NCBI GenBank assembly: GCA_964016885.1
Contig: OZ024743.1
Location: 104,098,001-104,162,000, forward strand
DNA from: Eledone cirrhosa
Lineage: Eukaryota
DNA length: 64,000 bases
Direction of reading: 5' to 3'
In this document: one piece after another, positions 26,290-40,074 of the stretch
Layout of the letters: each line of letters opens with the position of its first letter
Numbering within the stretch: position 1 is the stretch's first letter
Position numbers and translations under genes: made by a program
The notes under the pieces: generated by a model
What the model was told of the DNA's origin: nothing
Database searches by the model: none
Seen by the model: the letters and a program-made list of their open reading frames with translations, nothing else

Positions 26290-26610
26290 TTTTACAGTTC
26301 CATTGATGGATTATACTTGTAACTTCCTAACTAGTCATGTTCTTTCTGGTTCTATGAAGCTCAGTTTCTCAAGATTTGTACTTAGGTTGTTAGTAACATA
26401 TCTCAGTGCTCCAATAATCACAGGTATAAATCTGAAGGTATAGTCAACATGGAGTATCTGCAGATTCCCCATTGACATCTGCTGGGCAGCTGACTTCCAC
26501 TTCTGTGCATGCCTTCTTTTCCCTGTCCTATATCATTATATCTGGTCTGTTATGCTTGTATTTTATTGGGGGTTTGACTGGAACATTCCACCAGTACTCT
26601 TTCATATTTT
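26290..26610 (-). pseudogene. Restriction-like endonuclease domain relic of an R4/Dong/NeSL-type non-LTR element
   Basis: Minus-strand translation EYWWNVPVKPPIKYKHNRPDIMI*DREK...EVEVSCPADV...FRFIPVIIGALRYV, matching the RPD..E..P and PVIIGALG motifs. Confidence 0.72.
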
Positions 26611-27519
26611 ATATCTATATGTCTTCTACATTGTTGTAACTTTTAATATATTTACTGTATGTATGTATGCATGGATCTGTAATGCATGATGGAATTATAG
26701 ACACATCATAGTGACATATGATGTGTCTTGGGCATTTTAAACCTGGTAAAGCCTGTCCCTCTCTCGGTCTGAACACAGCCAATTTCTTCCAGAGAAAGAA
26801 AAAGAGCAAAAGTCAGAGAGAGGAAGTGAAAAAGAGATATAGAGGAAGAATCGGACTCAGCACAAGACTGGTATTTCTTTTGTCAACCTTAGAAAGATGA
26901 AAGGCAAAGTTGACCTTAGCAGGATTTGAACTCAGAGAGTGCAGAGAACTAGAATGAATACTACAAAGCATACTATCTGACATTCCAATGTCTCTGCCTA
27001 TTCATGGCCTCAAAGTTCCTATACAGTCACGCAACTCAACTTAACTTATAAACAACAGAAAATCTTCTTGGAACTACATCCAACCTCCTATCTCGAGAAA
27101 ATAGAGTTACTTATTGTATAATATAATTCTAGTTACACTATGTCTGGAAGATCAAGAGAGCTATCCTGATGTGTAAAAGAAGTCTCTTGTGCTTGTGCCA
27201 CAATAAAATGCACTCAATGTACTCTGTACAGTGATTGCTGATAGGAAGGGTATGCAGCAATAGAAAACATGCCAAAAATAGGATCAAGAAGACTCTTCAG
27301 TCTTGTCAAAGACATGACAACTTCCTTAGTGTTGGTAATGTACAAGATAAATGCACCCAGTACACACACACACACATATATATATATATTTATATATACT
27401 GTATATAGTTATAATAATTATGAAGACCAAAATCTGAAGAGGGTGAAAGGAGAAATTCTTTGCATAAACTTTAATCCATACTAATACTATATATATATGT
27501 ATGTGTGTGTGTTTGTGTG

Positions 27520-27550
<31 letters not shown>

Positions 27551-28625
27551 ATATATATATATGTATATTTATACACACACACATATGTGTATGTATATCA
27601 CTATCATCATCTTCATCTAGTGTCCATTTTCCATGCTAGCAAGAGTTGGACATGTCATCACAGAGCTGTCAAGTACTCAAGTAGAACCACCAACACTAGG
27701 GGTGTTGTCATGTCAATAGCATAACTGAAGAGTCCTCCTGACCTATATATGTATATATTTAAAGAAAATATATAAACACTAATAGGAGTAAGTAATTATA
27801 TTTTACATTACAAATCCCAAGAGTTCAGATAGTGTCTCATTTTTGGGTGTGTGTGTGTGGGTCAAAATTCCGCTGATATTTCAAGTTCATGTCATAGGGA
27901 AGCTATAGGTTAATGACTTGAGTGTGAAATTTTAGATGCAAAATTGCAAGAGAATCTGCTCTCTTCGTGTTCCATATCCAATTGTTTTAAAGACAAAATT
28001 GTGGTGACATTCCAGGATTGGTGGTGATTATTTTCTGGGGATAAACATAAATGGCTTGATTTTAACTTGATATTCGTAATTGTAATAGATGTTTTCCTTA
28101 TTTTTCTTTTTGCGTACACACACATATACGTATATGCATGAACACACATTATTTCATTACTGACACATATTATTTCATTATTTCATTATTGTATTGTGTT
28201 GCCTTTATCCTTGTATTGTCCTCAATATTCTGACCTATTGAGGCCAATAAAAGAAATTATTATTATTATTCCTTTTGTCACGCACTGTAGATGGAAAATA
28301 CACAGGAGTAATTATTCATCTGTGAAGTCACAGCACAGACCTTAGACAGATAATACTTTCCTTAAAATGTGTGCAGTGCTTAGCATGGTTAATTTTTGTA
28401 TGGCACCAATCTTGCATGGTATTCCCAACCACTTTAACCCTTTAGCATTCACATTACTCTATATTTACTATTGTACTTGTGTGGTAAAGGCTTTATCTCA
28501 CATAATATCGAACCTATGAGATTTTGATATTATCTTTCAGTAATGACAAAATTGAGACTGATGATAATGAAATTGAAGTTACCAACAATGAATTTGAGGG
28601 GAGGGGACCCTGTATATGTATGTAT

Positions 28626-29072
28626 GTTGCACTGGGTTACATCTTACCAGCAGCAATGAAAAGCAGCCTGTGCTTGGTCAGGTCATCGGCAACTAAACTG
28701 ACAACCCCACCAAGCTTGCTTGGTGAGGAGGGTGATTTTGGACACCCAGCGGGATGAAAAACACAAAACCCGTCAAAGAAATCAGAAGAGTCAACGGCCA
28801 TCCAATAAAGTATTTTTTTTTTATGGAGCAAGAGACTCCTAGTCTTCATTAAGACATCTCTCTAGAAGAAGGTCATGCTGATTTAAAACCTGCGATCTTG
28901 TTTGCATCCAATGATGTAGACCATTTCTACATTTTGGGTAAATGCATTTGATGCGCAGAGAGTGGGATTGGCTCTGTGCACAGCCTTTCCTCACTTAAAA
29001 AAGCTTCAAGCACAGGCCATGTCTGCTTAAGTATCAATTGATAGCATTACTCAAAATCGAGTTGCAGCCATC
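28626..29072 (+). mobile_element. Bipartite RTE-derived non-autonomous element (family C), diverged
   Basis: Shares the 5' module, the GAGAGTGGGATTGGCT core and the TACTCAAAA..GAGTTGCAGCCATCAT end with 62148-62696. Confidence 0.6.
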
Positions 29073-29351
29073 ATCATCATCATCATCATTTCATTTTACG
29101 TCCGCTTTTCCCTGCTTGCAAGGGTGGGACGGGAACTGATTCTGGCTTGATTTCTACAGCTGGATGCCCTTCCTAACACCAACCTCATTTACAGTGAGTG
29201 CTGGGTGCTTTTTTGCCGTGGCACCTCCACGACTACTTTGCAGTGGAATGATAGGGACCCCAGTCCCTATCATCTCATTTCTACAGTTGAGTAAACTGGA
29301 GCAATGTGAAATAAAGTGTCTTGCTCAAGGAAACAACACATCACCCCAGTC
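29070..29351 (-). mobile_element. SINE family B copy lacking its tRNA head
   Basis: Reverse complement of the 3' part of 13051-13398. Confidence 0.85.
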
Positions 29352-29423
29352 TGTATATATATCACCCATCATGTATATATGTCTCCCCACTCACTCCTTC
29401 TTGGAGCCCCCCCCCCCCCCCAC

Positions 29424-29460
29424 TCTCCTGATGAAGGGCTTATGCCCGAGATGTTGCAAC
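29424..29460 (+). ncRNA. Decayed minimal hammerhead (family of 1948-1983)
   Basis: CTC-CTGATGA-AGGGC TTAT GCCC-GAGA-TGTT, with GAAA mutated. The downstream ACCCTC..AAGCGT.AA.CTAATA matches ~1983-2016. Confidence 0.5.
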
Positions 29461-29629
29461 CACACCCTCCACTCTCACTAAGCGTGAAACTAATAATATT
29501 TGTAACATTTACTCCTGTGTTTGCCTGTTTTTTGTTTTCTGATATTCTGAAATATATATGTATCATCATCATCATTTTACGTCCGCTTTTCCCTGCTTGC
29601 AATGTATGTATGTATATATATGTATATAT

Positions 29630-29978
29630 GGAGGCACATGGCTTAGTGGTTAGAGCATTGGCCTTGCAATCGAAAGGTTGTGAGTTCAATTCTCAGACCG
29701 GGTGATGTGTTGTTTCCTTGAGCAAGACACTTTATTTCACATTGCTCCAGTTTACTCAGCTGTAGAAATGAGATGATAGGGACTGGGGTCCCTATCATTC
29801 CACTGCAAAGTGGTCGTGTAGGTGCCACGGCAAAAAAACACCCAGCACTCACTGTAAATGAGGTTGGTGTTAGGAAGGGCATCCAACTGTAGAAATCAAG
29901 CCAGAATCAGTTCCCGTCCCACCCTTGTAAGCAGGGAAAAAGCAGATATGAAATGATGATGATGAAATGAAATGATGA
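29630..29978 (+). mobile_element. SINE family B copy
   Basis: Near-identical to 13051-13398. Confidence 0.88.
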
Positions 29979-30132
29979 TATATATATGTGTGTGTGTATG
30001 TATATATATATATATATATGTGTGTGTGTATGTATATATATATATGTATATATATGTATGTATGTATGTATATATATACACATGTACATATGTATGTATA
30101 TGTGTATATATATGGGTGCATGTGTATGTATA

Positions 30133-30484
30133 TGCGCGGGGACATAGAAATAGTCGGGATGGACACCCGATCACGCGGTTAAATTACTGGGAGTGAAGGA
30201 CCCCTAGCCTATGTCAGGACATTCTTCTAGGAGAAGGCAACTCAGAAAACTGGGATAACTCCGATACAAAACCTGCGGCTCAGTAGTTACCGATGATGTT
30301 GATCTTTTCTTCTTTTCAGGTAATAGCTACTGTCGCTCAGAGAGTGGGATTGGCTCAGTGCACAGTCTTTCCTCACTTTAAAAAATATCTTCACGCACAA
30401 GCATTGCACGATAGAATTAATTAATAATTATTAATAATGGTATATCGTGCAATGGCCATACTCGATAACGAGGAGGCAGCCATC
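30133..30484 (+). mobile_element. Bipartite RTE-derived non-autonomous element (family C2)
   Basis: CTAGGAGAAGGCAACTC..AAAACCTGC motif, internal hairpin TTGCACGATA..TATCGTGCAA, end GCAGCCATCAT. Second copy at 39243-39569 (-). Confidence 0.65.
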
Positions 30485-30508
30485 ATATATATTTATGTAT
30501 GTATGTAT

Positions 30509-30785
30509 GAGAGTGGGACTGGCTTTGTGCAGTGCCTTTGCTCACTATAAAAGCTTCACGGCACAGGCATTGCTTTATATCTGGAGATCTCTCTGCACTT
30601 GTCGTCACATGGTACCATGGGGCCAGCACTATGTGTCAATAATTGTCACACGTGTAGTGTTTGTACCAGAGTTTTCAAGTCGCTGGCTGGACTAAAAAGT
30701 TACACTCGTTCAGCGCATCGGTAGGGGTTCTCCTACATGGATATAAAGTAGTGGCCGTACTCGAAAATGAGTTCGCAGCCACCAT
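30509..30785 (+). mobile_element. 5'-truncated family C element
   Basis: Near-identical to the reverse complement of 62148-62424. Confidence 0.75.
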
Positions 30786-30870
30786 ATATATATGTATGTA
30801 TATATATATATATACATGTATGTATGTATATATATATACATGTATGTATGTATATATATATACATGTATG

Positions 30871-30903
<33 letters not shown>

Positions 30904-31169
30904 ATATATATATGTATGTATATATATATATATATGTGTATATATATATATATATATATCTGATCTCAGTTTGACAATCGCCACCGATGAATGCGAGAAA
31001 GTTCTCCAAGAAAGTTCACCAGGAATCTTTAAAATTGTTCCCACCGAAGTTAACAAAGAACTTACTAGATCTACCAACTCATAATATTATAAAATTAAAT
31101 CAAATTATTTAGAACTACAATTGAAGTCATTCTTTTCCTTTTTTTCAAATATACCTAACTGTACCAAAG

Positions 31170-31225
<56 letters not shown>

Positions 31226-31227
<2 letters not shown>

Positions 31228-31519
31228 AGGCACATGGCTTAGTGGTTAGAGCATTGGCCTTTTCCTTGAGCAAGACACTTTATTTCACATTGCTCCAGCT
31301 TACTCAGCTGTAGAAATGAGATGATAGGGACTGGGTTCCTATCATTCCACTGCAAAGTGGATGTGTAGGCACCACGGCAAAAAAGCACCCAGCACTCACA
31401 GTAAATGAGGTTGGTGTTAGGAAGGGCATCCAGCTGTAGAAATCAAGCCAGAATCAGTTCCCGTCCCACCTTTGCAAGCAGGGAAAAGCGGACGTAAAAT
31501 GAAATGATGATGATGATGA

Positions 31520-31522
<3 letters not shown>
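31226..31522 (+). mobile_element. SINE family B copy with B-box deletion
   Basis: GGCC is joined directly to TTTCCTTGAG; otherwise matches family B. Confidence 0.85.
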
Positions 31523-31563
<41 letters not shown>

Positions 31564-32989
31564 ATATGTATGTATATATATATATAATTATAAAATTAAA
31601 TCAAATTATTTAGAACTACAAGTGAAGTAATTCTTTTCCTTTTTTCCAAATATTCCTAACTGTTCCAAGGATCTCACACATTTTCCAATATATATATATA
31701 TATATATACATATATAAACATACATGCATATTTATGTATGGACGTACGTATGTAATCATATATTTCTATTTCTGTATAATGTATCTGCGTGTTTCTCTAT
31801 ATCTATAATTCAATATACTTTATACATTCTTTATGCTAAATTCAACTTTATACATTTTAATCCACACAAATAATTATAGGTACACAAGTTATGGAATTAT
31901 GGATTTCTAATTTAGGCACAATTCCAGAAAATTTGGGGGAAGAACAAAATTGATTAAATTTACCCCAGTGCCTGACTGGGGCTATATTAGAAATATAGTA
32001 ACATGAGAGTTAAAGATGATACACTATTTTAGTTTATCACCTACAATTGAAATGAATCAGCAGTGCAGTCAATTGTTCTGCTGACTCTAGAAATATATTT
32101 CTATAGATATGTCATCACAGCTTTTTAGATCAGAACATCTTGACTTTTATGAATATTGACTTGTCTTAGCAGCTTCTTTTCTGTATCCCATTAATATTGA
32201 TTTGTAATTTAAGCACAAGTTCAGTACATTTTTGAGGAGAGCTAAGTCGATTAAATGAACCTCAGCATTTTACTGGTATTTTATTTTATTGATCCTGGAA
32301 GGATGAAAGACAAAGTTGACTTTGGCAGGATGTGAACTCAGACTGTAAAGAGCCAGAACAAATTCCCCAATGGTATTTTATCCAATTCTCTACCAATTCT
32401 GCCATTCTTCCACACAAGGTTATGTAATTATTACAAAGCAAAAAATAACTAATCATTTCATTGTTATTTGTTGTTGTTATTGTTTTATTACGAACAACAA
32501 CAACAACAACAATAAAGACAAGAACAACGGCAACAACAACAACAAAGACAACAAGAGCAATGAGAACAACAATAACAGCAACAAAAAAGACAACAAAGCT
32601 TGTTGAGTTCTTCTGACTAGGCACAAGTCCAAATGTTAGTAGGTTAGCTGGTATAGTCCATGTTCTACAATTTCGTTGACCAAACTTAGAAGAATGAGTC
32701 AATGAAAGAATCTCTATGTAGTTGCTTGATGTGTTAGAAATAGCACTTACATTCTGTCACACCACCACCACTGTTACTACCACCACCACTACCACCATAA
32801 CCCCCCCCCCCTACTGGAATTGATGTATGTCCAATACATGACTGAAAATAAGACAGAATAGTCATGGACAGAATGTCTTTGGTCATTGGCCTGCATAATC
32901 AGAGCTTACTTAAGATTACACAAAAATAGTACGAAGCAAAATTGTTCTCATCAGCAGGATTGAAACAAAATAAAAGTTCAAATCTAACA

Positions 32990-33702
32990 TATATACTTGA
33001 ATATAAGCTGATCAGAATATAAGCCAACCCCTATATTGTGTCTCAAAAATAGGTAAAAATCAAAACCCTGTGTATAAGTTGAGGCAGCTAATCAACACAC
33101 AATGTTTAGATATCGTGGTTTTGAAATTCTCATGAATGAGGAATATATTTATGCAGTTTTAATATTTTGATATTTAAAAAGTTTTAACTGTTGTTTAGAG
33201 TATGGATTTTGTTTAGCAATTTCTGACCATTTTGAAAGCCATATTCATTCAAAACACATCAAAAACAATAGGAAAAACGAATTTCACGTTGAAAGTGAAA
33301 CTGGTGCAATATTTACCTCCAAAATGAAACCGTTATAATATTCACATCCAAAATGAAACCGGTGTAATATTTACCTTCTAAGTGAAATCAGTGTAATATT
33401 CACATCCAAAGTGAAACCAGTGTAATATTTACCTCCAAAATGAAACCAATGTAATATTTAACTTCTAAGTGAAATCAGTGTAATATTCACATCCAAAGTT
33501 AAACCAGTGTAATATTTACCTCCAAAATGAAACCAATGTAATATTCACCTCCAAAGTTAAAATAGTTTAGCACCTTATTTATGTAGAATTTGAAGTTGGT
33601 GAAAATCGGCAAAACATCGATTGACCTTGAATATAAGTTGTCCGCTCCATTTTACCATCGATTTTTTGGTTACATATTTCTTGGCTTATATAAGAGTAAA
33701 TA
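32990..33702. mobile_element. Tc2/pogo-like MITE with internal 29-bp tandem array (33293-33560)
   Basis: Ends ATATACTTGAATATAAGC / GCTTATATAAGAGTAAAT, with subterminal TATAAG repeats. Unit AAARTGAAACCAGTGTAATATTYACMTCC, about 9 copies. Confidence 0.6.
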
Positions 33703-36700
33703 ATATTTTTGCAGTTGTAGATATTTGGCAACTGACTTGATCTGAAACTGTGTGTTGATACAGAAAAAAAATGTGTATGTGATGTGAAGCATTTTCATCA
33801 CACCTCTGCAACCCGGTCACAAATACAAGTTCTGGAAGTGTGTCAATAACCAAATTACAGAGGTGCCAAGATAATTTTGACACCTCACAAAATAAATGAA
33901 AAGTGAATTTAACTCTTTTAATACCAAACCATCTGAAACCGGTCATGGTTCTATGATACTAACCTATAAATTTTAAAGTGTCTGAATTTGTGTTTTTGAA
34001 AACTTTCCATCATAATTTTATGGAAGAAACTTTGTTAAACTTTGTTTCAAACACTAAGTTAATAATGAGAAAGTTATTTTATCCCTCCAAATTCTTGGTT
34101 ATTTTCCAAATTATCTGAAACACATAGGCAGTGTATTTCATTAGAAATATGGTAAGGAAAGAGTTAACAGCTTTTGTATATTCTTAAATGATTAAAATCT
34201 CTCTTCTATGCTATAATCTCTAAAATAATACTGCAAAACAAGGTTTACCAGTGTTCTGCTGTACATTAACATATCACCAATAATCTCTGGGTGGGTCGTG
34301 AAATTATAAGTTAAATTTTATAAACATTTCCAAATATTTAGCTGCAAAATATTTGAGATCTGACAACTCTGTTTACAATTAGACTTTTGAGTGGTGGTAC
34401 ATCACATGATATGGAATTGTTTTCAAACTGAAGAAACTTTATTTATTTTAAGACATAAATAAACAGGAATACAAAGAAAAAGATTAAAATTAAATAATGT
34501 AAAAAGAGGAAGTGGGAAGGGCAGAGACATACTCTACACTCCTGGCTAGGCAATATGCACCATGGACAGGATTACTTCAACGAACAGCCAGCAACACCGT
34601 CTACATTAGCTATTCCACCTGATGGAGCTCCTTCCCCAGATGAGGTACATTCCTTTTGATATTATGGAAGAAAATAGTATTCTACAGACTAAAGATACCA
34701 GGAATCTTAACCATTTAGCATTTGCATTACTCTATATTTACTATTGTATTTTCACATAATATCGAATCTTTGAGATTTTGATGTTATTTGTTTTGAGAAC
34801 AATACCTTAACACCAGTATGAGTGGCTGGTTATGGCCAGTTTGAACAGAAAGAGGTGAGAGAATTTTGGTCAAATACGGCCTGTTTAAATGGTAAAGGGT
34901 TAAGATGGTGACCAGCAGGTAAATGAAGCAGTTGGTCAAGTTCTAGTATTTGGTTATCTTCTGCTGATCTGTGACAGCTTGAGCACTGAAGACATTGGAA
35001 GTCTTGACAGACATTGGAAAGTAAAGGAAGTGGTTGGTCAAGTCCTGGTGCTTGAATATCTTCTGCATTTCTATGTTACGTGTGGGAGTACACAGGTTTG
35101 TGCTCAAAGCAACAATGTTGAAAATGGGGAATATGTCATTAATTTTGTTCATTTTGTATCATTAACAAAACTTGATCAATGTTATATTTTTCAAAAGTGT
35201 GTCACCAGTGTGAAAAGTGGGGAAATCTTTGCTGGGTGGCATTTAGTCCAATTATATACAAAAAAACTCAAGATTTTTTTTTGTATATGAAATTAAATCA
35301 ATGTACCACTCTGAACGTAGATGAAAATTAAAATTACTCAGTGATGTCTTCCACATGAAAGATACCATATAAGTTAGTGTTAACATATTTAATGTAGTGG
35401 GCATGAAAATATGGGTCATTGATTAGTAATATTATTTCAGTAAGTAAAATGTGGTGGATTAGTAAAAGTGGTAGAGTGTTAGACAAATTGCCTTGCAGCA
35501 TTTAGTCATGGTCCTTTGTATTCTGAGTTCAAATCTCACTGTGGTCAACTTTGCTTTTCATCTTTTCAAGATCAATAAAATGAAGTACCAGTCACATTAT
35601 GATTGTAAGTCCAACACCCTTACCACTAGGCCATGTGCCTGTTACATATTGGGATTGATATAATCAGCTTACCCTTCCTTTAAATTGCTGGCCTCATGTC
35701 AAAATTAGAAATTATTAAAGGGGCAGATTGGCAGAGTTGTTAAAGCATCAGACTAATGTTCAGCAGTATTTGTTCTAGCACTTTATGTCCTCAGTTCAAA
35801 TCTTACCAAGATCAGCTCTGCCTATTATCATTCTTAACTTAATAAAATAAAGTAACAGTTATGTACTGGAGTCGATGTAATTGACTTTCCCTCCTGACAA
35901 ATTGTTGGCCTTGTGCTTAAATTAGAAATCACTACTTCAACAAGTATGGGATACAGCATGTTTCATTCTTATAATAACCTTATCAGCAAATCACAGATTT
36001 CACCATAACTGTTGAAATAGTGACTGGAGATTCAGTCGGTAAATGTATAAGAATGTAAACTGGTTGATGCAAGAAGGTTAGAAGAGTTTAAAGAATAAAT
36101 AGAAAGTTCTGGCTTATAAGATTGGTATAGGTGATATAATGTATGAAACAGGACAGTGGGGAAGTGTATGGAAGAGAGGAAGAGGGAGAGAGAATAGGCA
36201 ATGAGAGAGAGAAAGAGCGAAGGAAATAGAGAGAAAGTGAGAGAAAACAAGAGAGAAAGAGTAACAGAGTGAGAAAGAGAGTGAGGGGAATCGAGAGAGA
36301 AAAAAAGAGAGAGAAGGAGAGTCAATTGTGTTAACTTATTCATGTTATTCATGCTCCATTTCTCTCCAGTAATTTCTTATTCCAATAAGAAACCTCTACA
36401 TTTAGCTAGAGTAGATTATATGTATTCGTGTGTGTGAAGGTGTGTGGCGTAGTGGTTAAGGTGTCGAATTAACGATCATGATGGACTAGGTGGCCTGTTG
36501 TATTTTTGTACAAAACACTTCATTTCATTTTGGTCCAGTACACTCAGATGGAAAAAATGAATCATCATCATCACCGTTTTACGTCCATTCTTCCACGCTA
36601 GCATGGGTTAGACGGGTTGTCCTGTTGTGGGCAATGCCAGGTTGGATGACTTTGTTTTGCTCATACGGGAACTGATTTTGGCTTGATTTCTACAGCTGGA

Positions 36701-37514
36701 TGCACTTCCTAACACCAACCTCTTTTACAGTGAGTACTGGGTGCCTTTTTACTGTGGCGCCTACATGACCACTTTACAGCATGGTCTGGGTGCTTTTTTT
36801 GTCATGACACTCCATGACCACTTTGCAGTGAGAGGGGCCGGGGGGCATATTGTCTATATGCTTCAGCTTTGGCTGTATATATATAATATAAAGTAACAGA
36901 CATAGCACACACTGTGTTATGTTGAATCTCCATAATAATTGCGTTCATGGCACATATGTTTGTAGAATGCTCAGTCACTACCACATTGATTTAATGAGCA
37001 GGCTGTTTCATTGTTCAACAATTCGTCAGTACTGATGTATGTCCAATAACGCATGTGTGTGTATGTGTGTGTGTGTATGCACTCATCATCATCGTCGTTT
37101 AATGTCTATTTTCCATGCTAGCATGGGAAAGACGGGTCCTATTTGAGGCAAGTCAGGTCAGATGACCATGTCTTGCTCAGACAGAACTGTTTCTGTCTAG
37201 GTTTCTATGGCTGGATGTCCTTCCTAATGCCAACCACATTTACATTGTGGATTGGGTGATTCTTATCATGGCACCTAATTCATACATATATATATATATC
37301 AAGAACTTCAAAATCTGTAAAACATTCTTAAGATTCAAAGCACAAATGATTGTGTACGGGTGGACGGAAATTTTCTTTTCTATACAACCTTTCCAGAAAG
37401 GTGTCTGGTCAAAAATTAACACACATTCACACATACATCCATATACATATATGTATGCTTAGATAAATACATACATACACAAATACATATATACACATAT
37501 ATACACTTACATAC

Positions 37515-39221
37515 ATGTTGTTTACTCGAGAGAAGACTACGTTGGTACGGTCACGTGATGCGCATGAAAGACGACAGCTGTATAAAAAGTGCAGGGCGAT
37601 AAAAATCGACGGTAGCCACGGAGTAGGCAGACCCAGAAAAACCTGGGACGACTTGATAAATTCCGACCTCACACACTTACACCTCTCCAAGAAAATGTCA
37701 CTGGACCGAGATCTTTGGCGCTACACAGTCATACAGAAGATCCGCCTTGCCTAAGTACAAAGTGAAACCTACAGTCAGTAGGCACCTCTAACAAAATACA
37801 CCCCCATCCCACTACCCCCACCCCATCCACCCACACCACCCCCTTAAATGTGAAGTTATGTTGGTACCACAACATCCAGTCCGAAACAAATGAGGTCGTG
37901 TAGGTGTCACGACAAAAAAACACACAGTCCACGCTGTAATGTGGCCGTGTAGTAACACGGTAAAAACCTCCCAGTTCTCACTGTAAATGTAGTTGGTGTT
38001 GGGAAGGGCACCCAGCCGTAGAAAATCCGCCAGACGTCTAGATGTCATGACAAAAAAAACACACAGTCCACGCTGTAATGTGGCTGTGTAGGTAACACAG
38101 TAAAAACCTCCCAGTTCACACTGTAAACGTGGTTGGTGTTAGGAAGGGCACCCAGCCGTAGAAAACCCGCCAGACGTGTAGATGTCATGACAAAAAAAAC
38201 ACACAGTCCACGCTGTAATGTGGCCGTGTAGTAACACGGTAAAAACCTCCCAGTCCTCACTGTAAATGTAGTTGGTGTTGGGAAGGGCACCCAGCCGTAG
38301 AAAATCCGCCAGACGTCTAGATGTCATGACAAAAAAAACACACAGTCCACGCTGTAATGTGGCTGTGTAGGTAACACAGTAAAAACCTCCCAGTTCACAC
38401 TGTAAACGTGGTTGGTTTTAGGAAGGGCACCCAGCCGTAGAAAACCCGCCAGACGTGTAGATGTCATGACAAAAAAAACACACAGTCCACGCTGTAATGT
38501 GGCTGTGTAGGTAACACGGTAAAAACCTCCCAGTCCACACTGTAAACGTGGTTGGTGTTAGGAAGGGCACCCAGCCGTAGAAAACCCGCCAGACGTGTAG
38601 ATATCATGAAAAAAAAAACACACAGTCCACGCTGTAATGTGGCTGTGTAGGTAACACGGTAAAAACCTCCCAGTCCACACTGTAAACGTGGTTGGTGTTA
38701 GGAAGGGCACCCAGCCGTAGAAAACCCGCCAGACGTGTAGATATCATGACAAAAAAAACACACAGTCCACGCTGTAATGTGGCTGTGTAGATAACACGGT
38801 AAAAACCTCCCAGTCCACACTGTAAACGTGGTTGGTGTTAGGAAGGGCACCCAGCCGTAGAAAACCCGCCAGACGTGTAGATATCATGAAAAAAAAAACA
38901 CACAGTCCACGCTGTAATGTGGCTGTGTAGGTAACACGGTAAAAACCTCCCAGTCCACACTGTAAACGTGGTTGGTGTTAGGAAGGGCACCCAGCCGTAG
39001 AAAACCCGCCAGACGTGTAGATGTCATGACAAAAAAAACACACAGTCCACGCTGTAATGTGGCTGTGTAGGTAACACGGTAAAAACCTCCCAGTCCACAC
39101 TGTAAACGTGGTTGGTGTTAGGAAGGGCATCCAGCCATAGAAAACCCGTCAGACAGTCCTATACGAGCAGGACAACAAATCTTGCTTCAAGTGGGAAAAC
39201 TCCCGTCCAAACCCATGCAAG
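37515..39221 (+). mobile_element. 5'-truncated RTE LINE with tandemly amplified 3' UTR
   Basis: Coding end KCRAIKIDGSHGVGRPRKTWDDLINSDL, followed by nine ~140-bp 3'-UTR units. Confidence 0.9.
37897..39153 (+). repeat. Tandem array of nine ~140-bp units derived from the RTE 3' UTR
   Basis: Equivalent positions at 37906, 38044, 38184, 38323, 38463, 38603, 38743, 38883 and 39023. Confidence 0.93.
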
Positions 39222-39242
39222 ATAAGATGTACATACATACAC

Positions 39243-39569
39243 ATGATGGCTGCCCCCTCGTTATTGAGTATGGCCATTGCACGATATACCATTATTGATA
39301 ATTATTAATTAATTCTATTGTGCAATGCCTGTGCGTGAAGATATTTCTAAAGTGAGAAAAGACTGTGCACTGAGCCAATTCCACTCTCTGAGCGACAGTG
39401 GCTATAAACAGAAAAGAAGAAAAAATCAACATCATCGGTAACTACTGAGTCGTAGGTTTTGTTGGAGTTTTCCCAGTTTCCTGAGTTGCCTTCTCCTAGG
39501 GACCCTTCACTTCCAGTGGTCTAACCGCGTGATCGGGTATCCAGCCTGACTATTTCTATGTCCCCGCGC
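39243..39569 (-). mobile_element. Family C2 element
   Basis: Reverse complement of 30133-30484 with the same termini. Confidence 0.7.
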
Positions 39570-40001
39570 ATATACATACACATACATATGTACATGTGTA
39601 TATACATATTTAAACATTTTTGGATGGTTGTTGACTCTTATAAGTTCTTCTGCCCTTTGTCAGATTTTGTTTTTTGTCCTGCAGGGTGTCCAAAATCACA
39701 CTCCTCACCAAGTAAACTTTGTGAGGTTGCCAGTTTAGTTGCCAACGACCCGACCATGGGACAGGTTGTACTGGGTTACACGTTACCAGTAGCACTCAAG
39801 AGTGACCTGACATACACATACATACAAACATATACACATATATATACATACATACCTAAATGCACATACTTCCAACCCACTCACCAATGTTTGGGTATAT
39901 AAACATTTCTCTCAACCTACAAGTAAAACCTAAACCAGTATATATATATATATATAGGTGTGTGTGTGTGCGCATGTGTATACACACACACACACATATA
40001 T

Positions 40002-40074
<73 letters not shown>

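Noticed and set aside
30960-31012. TTGACAA-TCGC...GCGA-GAAA-GTTC-TC next to (TA)n
   Set aside because: Two core mismatches and no convincing stem I. It could be a decayed hammerhead but is not supportable.
36990-37033. Minus-strand CTGACGA-ATTG TTGAA CAAT-GAAA-CAGCCTG, hammerhead-like
   Set aside because: It lacks the required U before the cleavage position and has no stem I. It lies in a repeat whose other copies (e.g. ~5165, ~52730) lack the core.
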